Positions 53,616 to 64,000 of a stretch of DNA of 64,000 nucleotides are shown in pieces (position 1 is the first letter of the stretch; each line of letters opens with the position of its first letter). The translations under genes and the position numbers were made by a program. Location of the stretch: assembly GCA_038087875.1 (NCBI GenBank), contig CM075988.1, forward strand, positions 13,394,001 through 13,458,000. The letters are read 5' to 3'. A model generated the notes under the pieces. It was not told the DNA's origin, did not search any database, and saw only the letters and a program-made list of their open reading frames with translations. The DNA comes from Malacoraja senta (taxonomy: Eukaryota).

Positions 53616-54929
53616 TGTAGCGGCGCAGGTATCGAACCCGGCGTTCGGAAGCCACGGTCACGTGACTCAGGAGGGGCTGCTGTTTTTGCGCAGTTTCGCT
53701 TTCGCGCCACAGTTGTGTTTGTGAAGACCTTTAAGCCAAAGAGCTATTTCCTGAATAAATAAGTTCACAAAACTTGGTTGCCGTCTTCACATCCGCCAAA
53801 TTGGTGACCCCGACCTGTCTATCCGTCGTTAGACAAGAAGATCATGCAGGAGGACTACTTTCCCGCAGAATCGGCCGGCACGAGGCAGGGCTCACCGGGC
53901 TTCAAGCTACCTTCCTTTTGGCCAGACCAACCTCAGGTGTGGTTCGCCCACGTTGAGGCACAGTTCCATCTGCATCGGATAATTGCAGACGACACAATGT
54001 ACTTTCATGTGGTAGGAGCTCTGCCACAGGACTGTGCCTCGAGGCTGTTACCGTACATTAGAGACCTGCCGACGATCGCAAAATATGAAGGTTTGAAGGC
54101 CCTGCTGCTACATACCTTCGGTCTCGGGTATAATCAGATTCCGGTCCATCCCGACGACGTCCCTAAGCCGGCCACCATCACCCCTTTCGGACTTTTCGAA
54201 CGGCTAAGAATGCCTTTTGGCCTGAAGAACGGCGCTCAGGCATTCCAAAGGTTAATGGATCAAGTCGGGCGGGGTTTGCCGTTCATATTCATCTATCTCG
54301 ATGATATTCTGGTGGCCAGCAGCTCGCAGGCTGAACACGTTAAACACCTCCGCCTGCTCTTCGAATGACTGCGTAAGCACGGTTTGGTGATCAACCCTGC
54401 GAAGTTCAGGGAGGAGTTTGTCTCCATCAGCCGCCTTAAGCCAGCCCACGTCGACGAGGATAGCCCTGTGGCTGTGGCCACTCTGCGGCATAGAGGGCGT
54501 CCGCCGGCCGTTTTGCTGCCCTCTGCACCTGTTACCCTCGGTATTGTTTCACCGGTCCCCTCTGTTACGCCGGTCCCTCGTTCGTGTTTGTCAAGTCACT
54601 CCGGTTCTGTTTTGCCGGTCCCTAATGTTACGCTCACCCCGCGACCTCGGACTACGCGTTCCGGTCGAACCGTCTGGTTACCCGTGCGTTTCCGAAACCG
54701 CAGATTCTGGGGGGGGGGGGGCATGTAGCGGCGCCTGCTGGCGCACGCAGGTATCGAACCCGGCGTTCGGAAGCCGCGGTCACGTGACTCGGGAGGTGCT
54801 TTTCGCGCCACAGTTGTGTTGCTGACCACCGTTGTGGTCAGACGTGTTTGTGAAGACATGTAAGCCAAAGAGCTATTTCCTGTATAAATAAGTTCACAAC
54901 ACTTGGTGGCCGTCTTTACATCCGCCAAA
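53616..54929 (+). mobile_element. Internally deleted Gypsy/Ty3 LTR retrotransposon
   Basis: LTRs 53616-53800 and 54724-54929, TSD CTAT (53612-15, 54930-33), PBS TGGTGACCCCGAC 53802-53814 (tRNA-Trp type), poly-G PPT 54709-54721, Gag, RT and integrase-tail fragments. Confidence 0.92.
53844..54460 (+). pseudogene. Gypsy Gag N-terminus fused in frame to an RT fragment and integrase C-terminal remnant
   Basis: KLPSFWPDQPQVWFAHVEAQF (Gag), GYNQIPV...MPFGLKNGAQAFQRLMD...YLDDILVAS (RT), VSISRLKPAH (IN tail); TGA at 54366. Confidence 0.88.
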
Positions 54930-55932
54930 CTATCTTCTTTGTAAACCTGATTCTGCAGTTTCTTAGCACATTACACAGTACATTTACCAGCTAAAAAGAC
55001 CCCAAAACCGTGTGCAGAAAACTAATGCAAAATTGGATCAGTGTTAAACCCCTCTGCAGACAGGAAGCCATGCATGCACACACCCTTGTGCAGATAGGTA
55101 GCAATGCACACACTCCACTGGTCAGGCGGCAATGCACAAACCCCTTTGTAAACTGGTGGCAATACACAGCAGCAGCACCCAAGCAGCACCCAAGAATTTT
55201 TCCAAGCTTGCACAATATGAAATAATCTCATCTGATGAAGTATTCCACGTTAATTCTGTTTCCTAGAAACAAGGTGCACACACTGGTTTACACAAAAGCC
55301 GGACACAAAGTGCTGACGACACTTAGCGAGTCAGATAGCATCTCTGGAGAATATGGATAATGGCATTTCGGGTTCAATTTATTTCAGTTTAGTTTATTGC
55401 CACGTGTACTGAGGTACCCTTCGTACTGAGGTACCCTTTGAGTCCCTTCTAAGAACATTGTAGTTTTGTTAAAATACAAACAAAATGCCTGAAACATTCA
55501 GTAAGGTAGCATCAATGAAAAGAGAAAAAGAATTGGATTTCAGAATGTAGAGCTTTCATCAGAATTAGGAGAGTGAAAAACTAGTTAGTTCATTTTCTAT
55601 TTCAAAAATAAACTTTATTCGTAATAAAAATTATATACAAAACTAAAACTGGGCAAAACTGTAAATCCATTCTTAGTGCCTATGCTTTAGTTTAGTTTAT
55701 TGTCATGTGTACCGAGGTACAGTGAAAAGCTTTTGTTGCGTGCTAACCAGTCAGTGGAAAGACTGTACATGATTACAATTGAGCCATCCAAAATGTACAG
55801 ATACATGATAAGGGAATAATGTTTAGTGCAAAATAAAATCCAGTGAAGTCCGATTAAAGATTTTGGATATTAATAGAAAGATTAGTAGAAAGATTTTGGA
55901 TATTAGACTTTCAATATGAGTAGTGTTATAGT

Positions 55933-57000
55933 CAAGGCAAGGCAAGGCAAGGCAAGTTTATTTGTATAGCACCTTTCAACCACAAGGTAATTCAAAGTGC
56001 TTTACATAAAACATTTAAAGCATTTGAAAGAAACACATATAAAATGACATTTAGATATAAAATGATTATTAGATTATTCAGATAATAATTACAAAATTAA
56101 AAGCAATCAAATAAAATATTTAAAATAGAATAAAACCAGGAATAGAAGTTACAGTGCAGTATAGGTAATTAATAAATTGTATTGTTTACTGAAAGGCAGC
56201 GGCAAACAGAAAAGTCTTCAGTCTAGATTTAAAAGAGCTGAGAGTTGCAGCAGACCTGCAGTTTTCTGGGAGTTTGTTCCAGATATGTGGTGCATAAAAC
56301 TAAATGCTGCCTCTCCATGTTTAGTTCTGACTCTGGGGACACAGAGCACACCTGTCCCAGACGATCTGAGAGGTCTGGGTGGTTCGTAGCTAAGCAGAAG
56401 ATCAGAAATGTATTTTGGCCCTAAACCATTCAGTGCTTTGTAAACCAACAGTAGTATTTTGAAATCAATTATTTGACAGACAGGAAGCCAGTGTAAAGAC
56501 CTCAGAACTGGAGTAATGTGATCTACTTTTTTGGTCTTAGTGAGGACTCAGGCAGCAGCGTTCTGAATTAATTGCAGCTGTCTGATCGACTTTTTAGCGA
56601 GACCTGTAAAGACATTGTTACAGTAGTCGAGCCTGCTGAAGATAAATGCATGGACAAGCTTTTCCAAATCCTGCTGAGACATAAGTCCCTTAATCCTTGA
56701 TATATTCCTCAGGTGATAGTAGGCTGACTTTGTGACTGTTTTTATGTGGCTGTTGAAGTTCAGGTCTGAGTCCATGACTACTCCTAAATTTCTGGCTTGG
56801 TTTGTTGTTTTTAGCATTACCATTTGAAGCTGGGTGCTAACTTTTAATTGTTCTTCCTTGGCTCCAAAAACAATTATTTCTGTTTTTTCTTTGTTTAATT
56901 GGAGAAAATTCTGGTTCATCCAATTGTTGATTTGCTCAATGCATCTACTCAGTGGTTGTATTGGACTACAGTCTCCTGGTGATATTGTTATGTAGATTAC
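55933..57000 (-). mobile_element. L2-clade LINE, 5'-truncated 3' part
   Basis: LQLNKEKTEIIVFG, NLGVVMDSDLNF, LVHAFIFSRLDYCN, LQLIQNAAA, YKALNGLGPKYISDLL; (CTTGC)n 3' tail. Confidence 0.9.
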
Positions 57001-57321
57001 TACCATTAGCACATTCCTTTTTCTTTACACATAACACCATTGCCACTCATGTTGCAGAGAAGGTGGTGAAGGGATAATGTGGAGTGCAAGACATTGGAGC
57101 AGCCAGCTTTCTTTTACATACAATGAAGACACAAGGAATCGCATATGTTGAGATCTTGAGCAAAAGCAGAATGCTGGACGAACTCAGTTCCTCTCTGTGA
57201 TTCCTGCTACTCTCCTGCTATCCCACTATCACTTCGTAGGCTTTGTCCTGCTCCCACCTCTCCTCCACCCCCCATTACTATCTGTCTGAAGAAGGGTCCC
57301 AACCCGAAACATCTCTGTTCA

Positions 57322-57622
57322 TTTAGTTTAGTTTTTTTAGTTTAGAGATACAGCGAGGAAACAGGCCGTTCGGCCCACCGGGTCCACGCCGACCAGCGAT
57401 CCCCGCACATTGACACTATTGTACACCCACTAGGGACAATTTTTACATTTACCAAGCCAATTAACCTACAAACCTGTACGTCTTTGGAGTGAGGGAGGAA
57501 ACCGAAGATCTCGAAGAGGATACAGGAAGAACGTACAAACTCCGTACGGACAGCATCCGTAGTCGGGATCAAACCCGGGTCATCGGCGCTGCATTCGCAG
57601 TAAGGCAACAACTCTACCGCCC
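57322..57622 (-). mobile_element. V-SINE/HE1-like SINE
   Basis: Near full copy with tail, retains many CpGs. Confidence 0.85.
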
Positions 57623-59094
57623 TAGGATTTCCCCACACAGATAACAGTTTTAAAGTATCTGATGCAGGGATGTCATAACACCAGAGTGTTCAGAATTAAA
57701 CACAGATTAAAAATCTAATTAACCACAAGAAGATGATATTATCTTGCAGAGCTAAATATATATAAAAAATGATGGTAATGGATAAGCGCAAATCGTAATG
57801 AAAGGTTAAGCTCAGCATTGTCTAGGTTGCCATGGGGATAATTTATAGTTTGGTTAGCCATGCCTGTTAGAGAATCATCATGCAGACAAAGGAACCACTC
57901 ACTATTGAGTGGTGCAAAATGTAAAGATGTGGGACATGCACAGCAGTCGAGGCTATGCTAATGGACCGAGAAAAACTCAGCCATTGTGACAGATGGATCT
58001 CGTAGAACGGAAATGAACAGTTTTGATACAGACAGAGAAAATGAGTTGCTGGTTTTGTAGAATTCTCTATTGAGTCTTGAAGGGTTCAACATGCACAAAT
58101 TAATGTTTGTGAAGGGCCTATTACAAGGCAGGTAAGATTTACACAGGAGTTACTGAAACACTCAAATCATGTTAAACCCAACCTAATTTACATTGCACAA
58201 TGAGCAAGAAAGCAAGTTTCTAGCGGAAACCGACAGGTCAGGCAGGCAGCATCGATGGAGGGAAATGGACAGGTGACATTTTGGGTTGGAACCCTTGTCC
58301 AATATTGGAGTAGAGTTCTTCCAGCAGCTGACTTTTTGATCAAGGATCCAATGCCTGGAGTGTCTTGTGTTTACACTGAAAAATGTTTCAGTTTTCAGGA
58401 CTGTTACTGAGAGAAACGAAAAGATCTTGATTGTGACATTATTTGCATGGAAGCATTTGGCAACCTCCTGTGAATTTTGGTCAACTACTCGATGTCCTCC
58501 GAGATCAGTTTGTAAGCTTATCGCAAACAGCTATCACATGAAGATTGAACATTTAAGTCAGCTGTATCTACACTGCATCCGTAAGTGTGTACAACAATAT
58601 GCTGCAATACCATTTCCTATTAATTGTAGTATTTTCAGTTTTTGAGTTTCATGATGTATATCATGTTTAAAATGATAAGATGATAAGTCTGAGACACCGA
58701 TGTTGTCCCCAGGAAAGACAAAGTCTGTGCTAGGTCTGACTAAGCAGAAGGGTTGTAGAAAAAGAGCTCCTTAGAACGGGGAGCTTGGATTCATTGGAAA
58801 GTTGGCCAAGCTGACCTTAGACAAGTAGAATATCCAGTTCGACAAAACTAGCAGGGCCATACATTCAGTTTGAGCTAAAAGAAAGACACAAAGTGCTGGA
58901 ATAACTTGTGTCCTTTCGTTTGCCTTGAAAGTATAAAACATCTGGGCAAAACACACATAAATGGACATTGGTCGAAGTACACAGAGAGAGTCGGAGCAAC
59001 ATTTGTTAAAGCTTGTTTAAAACAAAGTGGATGAGTTGTGGTATATTGAGTTGTGAATTAGTTGCATTTATCTACATTTGGTTGACATAGCTGG

Positions 59095-59292
59095 TTTAAC
59101 AGCAGCTAATCGCAGGAACTATCGCAACGTTTAAGAAACAGTTAAGACAGGTACATGGATAGGACAGGTTTAGAGGGGTATGAGCCAAACGCAGGCAGGT
59201 GGGACTAGTGTAGATGGGACATGTTGGCCGGCGTGGGCAAGTTGGGCCGAAGGGCCTGTATCCACACTGTAAGACTCTATGACCCTATGACT
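59095..59292 (+). mobile_element. CR1 LINE 3' end
   Basis: gacaggtacatggataggacaggtttagagg...gggccgaagggcctg...(actctatg)-like tail. Confidence 0.75.
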
Positions 59293-59326
59293 TTAATCAC
59301 TATGGAAATTCAGGAGGATAAAAATA

Positions 59327-59905
59327 GGAATAGGAATGGAATACTTTATTGTCACATGTGACTAGGAACAGTGCATTGCATGCATACACAATGTATACAA
59401 ATAGCGGCCACCTACGGCGCTGACAAAGTTACAAAGCATGCCGGCTCCTCCTCTTGTTCTCCCTCCAGCAGTTCCCATATGTCGGATCCTCCATTGTTCT
59501 TCTCCTCCCCCTTCACGGTGGTCCTCCATGCTCTCATCAACCGTCGATCATTTGTCGAGGTATTAACGCCGCTGCGAGACATCACCACGGCCGAGGCCTC
59601 ATCGTCGCGAGGCCCCACCGCTGCTGCCGCCGAGGCCTCACCACTGTCGACACCCCACTTTACGCCTCAATGGTGCGGACCAGGGTCCCAGTCAAAGGCT
59701 CAGTCTGCTGCTTCGCCCGACCCAGGTGAGGCCCCAACCGGGCCCCGATCCGGGCTGCTACGCAGTGATTTAGAAGGTAACGAGACCACGACGCCTCAAT
59801 AAAGGCCGCTGGCCGCATTCCCAGTCCACAGCCGCGGCCCCACCGTCGGGAAATCTTCTGGCCGCGCGGCCCGTCAGGAAGCTTTCTGGCTGCGCGGCCC
59901 GTTTT
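59327..59905 (-). mobile_element. CpG-rich retroposon with (ATTCC)n-like tail
   Basis: gtcacatgtgacaataaagtattccattcc 3' end on minus strand. Confidence 0.55.
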
Positions 59906-60492
59906 TGGCTACAACCAGATAAATAGCACATTGCCTTATCCCCTCTATCTATTATTCGTTGAAGGGTTGTTACACTCTTTCATCACCAATTTCTTACATT
60001 TGTCCATAATATTCCCCAGCTCTGCTTCACTTCACTTCAGGAACAGAAGCTGTAGAGTCTAGCTATCCTGAGTGAGTCTCTAGGGTGGGGTACATAAACT
60101 GATTTAAAAGATTGGTATCGGTTAGGGTTGGGCCATACTGTGTGTGCACTGTTGCCCAGCAGTTTATCCAGGTCAGGACGATTTGCTTAGTATTACCACA
60201 TGTGTTCTTTATTCTTGATCAAACAAATCAATAACATGTTTGAAATAGTTATATTTGGAGCAGTGGTCAGGTCAATTTGGATTTGGAATCACTTATAAGT
60301 ACTTAGACTCTACTGGGGCTTGTGCTGACTATAATCAGGTTATGTTTTAATCTTGCATCAGATTCTTGGACTACTCTGCACATCCCTATCAGTATGGAAT
60401 TTGCCTGCTGTGGCTAGTCTACATGATTTAGTTTTTGCATAATCATGAACTATTTTACATCAAATAACTAAATTTATTATATATTAGACTAA

Positions 60493-60812
60493 TGGCCCTG
60501 TCCCACGGTACGAGTTCATTCCAAGAGCTCTCCCGAGTTCAAACTTGTGGTAAGCACGGAGAATGAACGTAGCGGGTACGTCGGAGCTCGGGGGCGTCTC
60601 TTAGCGGCTCGTAACGCTAATGGCAGGTACTCGGGAAGACTCGCTAACGGCAGGTAAGCTCGGAAAGACTCGTGAAGATTTTTCAACATGTTGAAAAATG
60701 TCCACGAGAGCCCCGAGTACCGACGAGGTGCCATTACCGTAAATCTCAGAGTTCGAATCAGGGCAAACTCGGGAGAGCTCTTGGAATGAACTCGTACCAT
60801 GGGACAGGGCCA
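60493..60812. mobile_element. MITE with ~47-bp TIRs, probably PIF/Harbinger-like
   Basis: TGGCCCTGTCCCACGGTACGAGTTCATTCCAAGAGCTCTCCCGAGTT and its near-perfect reverse complement; flanked by TAA / TTA. Confidence 0.8.
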
Positions 60813-61365
60813 TTAGTGGGGCCCGTTGGGTCCCAGTCACATGGGAGGCCTGGTCCCCCAACGAAACCCATTCCCTAACGCAATATTCCACCACTCACCC
60901 ATAGCCCCTAACTGTGCAGGTGCGGCTCATTTCCCCTCATCCCCGAGCACTCCCCACCCCACCCCCCCTCCTCTTCATGTGTGGGAGATGAGGGGGGGGA
61001 TGGAAGTGAGGTGTGCGTGGGGGGGGGGGAGGTGGTGGTGGTTGTGTGGGGTTGGGGGTGAGGAGTATGTGGGCGGGGTGGGAGTGAGCTCGGAGAAATG
61101 ACGGGGGAAGAGAGGGGGGCTTCACGGGGGAGGGGGGAGGGGGGAGGGGGAAGGAGTCAGCGATGGAGACTAGAGGGGTCGTGGCTGGAATTGGCAGTGC
61201 GATGGGGACTCACAGCAGGCGCTGATTGCTGGTCGTTCTCCTCTGCCGGGATCAGAGTCTCCGCTTTCCGTTTGGCAAAATCTCCGACTCCAGGCTGGGC
61301 TGGGCTGGTCTCCGACTCTGGGCTGGGCTGGGCTGGGTTGGATCTCCGACGTTGGGCTGTTGCTT

Positions 61366-61472
61366 GGGGCTGGGCTTCCGCTTGGGGCTGGGCTGCTGCT
61401 TGGGGCTGGGCTGCTGCTAGGGGCTGGGCTGCTGCTTGGGGCGGGGCTGCTGCTTGGGGCTGGGCTGCTGCT
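61366..61472. repeat. 18-bp minisatellite (GGGCTGGGCTGCTGCTTG)n
   Basis: About 6 tandem units; explains the QPQAAA / WGWAAA repetitive ORFs. Confidence 0.85.
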
Positions 61473-61826
61473 TCGGGCGGGGCTTTTTCGGGTCCCTCCG
61501 AAAGTCCAGTTGGAAACCTCCGCCAGCCATGCTCAGCTCCACTAAAGACGCAAAGGCGTAGGAAGAGGTGGACCGTCCCGGTGTGTGACAGGGGAGAGAC
61601 TAATCCACGCGGCGCTAGAAGGCAGGTGAAGAGATTGATCTGCACACGCCCGGTTTTTACGATTTTTAAACCTTGCTAACTTTTACGACATTCAACCGAT
61701 TGGAACAAAACCTGGTGCAATCGCAGCATAGGAGAACGGTGAGTGAACTAGTGAAAAATCGTAGTGCTATCGTGAATCGTTTTTGCGCAAATAGAATGAC
61801 TGCCAAACCTGATCGGAGTTTTAATT

Positions 61827-61901
<75 letters not shown>
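61827..61901. repeat. (GATA)n microsatellite
   Basis: Direct observation. Confidence 0.98.
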
Positions 61902-62659
61902 TGTTGTATCTAATGTTTCTGTAAAGATGCAGCAAATAATTGTTCTGGTTCATGTGACAAATAAACTTGACCTCTCCTACGCTCCACTTCCCTTCCTTTC
62001 AATGTAACACTTCCCTTTTCTCATCTTCCACCACATTCCACCTCCCTGCTTCACATCCCACTAACAACCCACTTTCCATCCTGTCTTGCCTTTACTCACC
62101 CACCTCCTCTCATCTCCTCCCACTCTCTCGTGCTTAAACTGTTCCCAGTTTTATGCCCACTTTTGCCCTTCCTCTCCCTCCTCTCTCTACTTCACCCTCG
62201 CTCACTTTCCTTGTTTCTTAAAGTCATAAGTGATAGAAGTAGAATTAGACCATTCAGCCCATCAAGTCTACTCTGCCATTCAATCATGGCTGATCTATCT
62301 CTCCCTCCTAAACCCATTCTCCTGCCTTCTCCCCATGACCTCTGACACCTGTACTAATCAAGAATCTATCTATCTCTGCCTTAAAAATATCCTCTGACTT
62401 GGACTCCACACCCTTCAGTTGCAAAGAATTCCACAGATTCACCACTCTCTGACTAAAGAAATGTCTCATCTTCCTACATACTGTTTCCCACGTATAGACA
62501 TCCGAATTAAGCCATAGGCAACTTACGTATACTCACACTTACATAAACAATTCTGTAAACAGCACCTAGTGTAATCAAGGCAGTTTGTTATTGCCGCAAC
62601 ATTGTAAGATCACTGTGAGACACAAAATGCTGGAGTAACTCAGCGGGACTGGCAGCAAA

Positions 62660-62830
62660 TACCACTTAACTTACAACTCGCGGGATGTGGGAGGAGCCCG
62701 TAGCAGCTGGTGCAAAACCCAAGCGGCCACAAGGAGAACGTGCAAACTCCACACAGACAGAATCCGAGTTCAGGATCGAACACAGGTCCCTGGCGCGGTG
62801 AGACCGCAGCTCCACCAACTGCGCCACTGT
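62660..62830 (-). mobile_element. V-SINE/HE1-like SINE, partial
   Basis: Head and core on minus strand. Confidence 0.65.
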
Positions 62831-62854
62831 GTTAATGTTCCCTCCCCCACCCCC

Positions 62855-63082
62855 AGTATCAATTCTACATTTTCCTTGACCCGCATCCCCTTTGATGTCT
62901 CGTTCTCACGCCTTACACTTCCTTATCTCTGTGTCTTCCTCTCCCCTGACTCTCAGTCTGAAGAAGGGTCTCGACCCGAAACGTCGCCCATTCCTTCCCT
63001 CCAGAGATGCTGCCTGTTCCGATCAGTTAGTGCAGCATTTTGTGCCTATCTTTGGTGTAAACCAGCATCTCTGCAGTTCCAC
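62855..63082 (+). mobile_element. Penelope-like short repeat
   Basis: CTGAAGAAGGGTCTCGACCCGAAACGTC followed by the conserved gagatgctgcc...cagcattttgtg tail. Confidence 0.7.
62955..62988 (+). ncRNA. Minimal type I hammerhead-ribozyme-like motif
   Basis: CUGAAGA-A-GGGU(CUCG)ACCC-GAAA-CG-UC; helix I is weak in this copy. Confidence 0.55.
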
Positions 63083-63154
63083 ATAATTCCCAGACAAACA
63101 TTTTCAACTTTTGTCCAACTTTTCCTTGGGGCAACAAAAAAAACCCCATCCGAA

Positions 63155-63330
63155 CTTTTCCGCGCCAATCAGCCGCTGTTACCTGGCCAATGAGGGGGCG
63201 AGCGCGCTGATTGGCGGATTGACTCGCTACATGACTGGGCCATTGTGTGCGGCAGCCAATGGGCGGCGGCCGGGGGGGGGGAGAGGGCGGGGCTGAGCCC
63301 GGGAGCCGGAAGCGCCGCTCGCACTGAACT
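63155..63330 (+). promoter_or_regulatory. TATA-less CpG promoter of a neighbouring gene
   Basis: CCAAT boxes at 63165, 63187, 63210 (reverse), 63256; GC box 63285-63293; ETS site CCGGAAG 63306-63312. Confidence 0.75.
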
Positions 63331-63392
63331 GGTGTGTTGCTGTTGCTGTTGCTGCACAGAGTTAGCGCTCCTCAACAACGCCGCTGGTCTCC

Positions 63393-63517
63393 ATGTTCAA
63401 GGTGTTCAAACAGAAGGGATCGGCGCCCATGCAGATCATTGCAGTGAGAAGAGAGCATGTGCGGAGGATTGGACTCCTGCTTCTGATTGCAGTGGCTCTG
63501 TTGTTGTACAGATTCAG
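63393..63517 (+). CDS. Candidate first coding exon of a type II membrane protein
   Basis: MFKVFKQKGSAPMQIIAVRREHVRRIGLLLLIAVALLLYRF then CAG|GTACTG donor, directly downstream of the promoter. Confidence 0.45.
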
Positions 63518-64000
63518 GTACTGAGTGTGCAGGGCTGTCTAATGGTGGTGTCAGCCTCTGTTTATTTAACACACACACACACACAGACAAACAAACAGGC
63601 ACACACACACACTTCTTGCAAATCTTTTGTCGAGCACTCTCAAGAGGCTGCATGCACTCTCAAGAGGCTGCATGCACTCTTTTTGTAAATGTGCTTAGCC
63701 GGTAACATGCTCGTCTCAAGCTGCTTTGGAGTTGCAATGTACATAGGACGGCACCTTTCAGAATATAATCCCCCCACGACCCCCATGATATAATCTGGAT
63801 ACTTGGTTATAATTTATCGTTTGTGTTTGAAATGGCTGCCGTGAATAAAATATGTCTGCACTGGGCCGATTCATAATACTTGGCAGCAGCATTAAATAAA
63901 TCCAGACTTGTCATTTTGCAACTTGCTGTAGTAACGAGAGGCTGGGACCCAGTAGGTTGAAATTAGAGAACGGAGAGAGTTGCAATCGCACGAAATGACT

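Larger units (their letters stand above)
60813..61901. mobile_element. GC-rich interspersed repeat, possibly Helitron/Helentron-like non-autonomous element
   Basis: Short inverted gggcccgttgggtccc near its start, CpG-rich interior with minisatellite, (AGAT)n end; class is a guess. Confidence 0.4.

Noticed and set aside
53190..53762. Cys/His-rich ORFs in several frames
   Set aside because: They arise from a degenerate tandem repeat plus an LTR; no domain or splice support
57700..59050. Search for CRTAM 3' exons expected from human synteny
   Set aside because: No recognisable CRTAM coding sequence by eye
61098..61679. 193-aa and 162-aa repetitive ORFs
   Set aside because: Explained by a GC-rich minisatellite lacking stop codons inside a repeat

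Overview
Vertebrate genomic DNA, AT-rich and repeat-dense. The repeat set (V-SINE/HE1-like SINEs, CR1, Rex1/Babar, Penelope-like short repeats) suggests a cartilaginous fish, probably a skate or ray (inference). The main host gene is JHY (C11orf63 homolog, motile-cilia gene) on the minus strand. I can join 8 coding exons in consistent phase from ATG 49189 to TGA 3822, about 1027 aa, with a CpG-island promoter near 53.0-53.2 kb carrying an RFX X-box. Its second coding intron holds a full-length but disabled DIRS1-type tyrosine-recombinase retrotransposon (33623-38682) with ITRs, internal complementary region, Gag, RT, RNase H, methyltransferase-like and YR domains. Also present: a 1.3 kb internally deleted Gypsy element upstream of the JHY promoter, three copies of a ~1 kb non-autonomous DNA transposon (7-bp TSDs on the two complete copies), many Penelope-like repeats with minimal hammerhead-ribozyme-like cores, a teleost-like L2 LINE, and at the right end a CCAAT/GC-box promoter with a candidate first exon of a type II membrane protein. 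I did not find a clearly new biological system; the best leads are listed under findings. All family assignments come from recalled motifs, not database searches.
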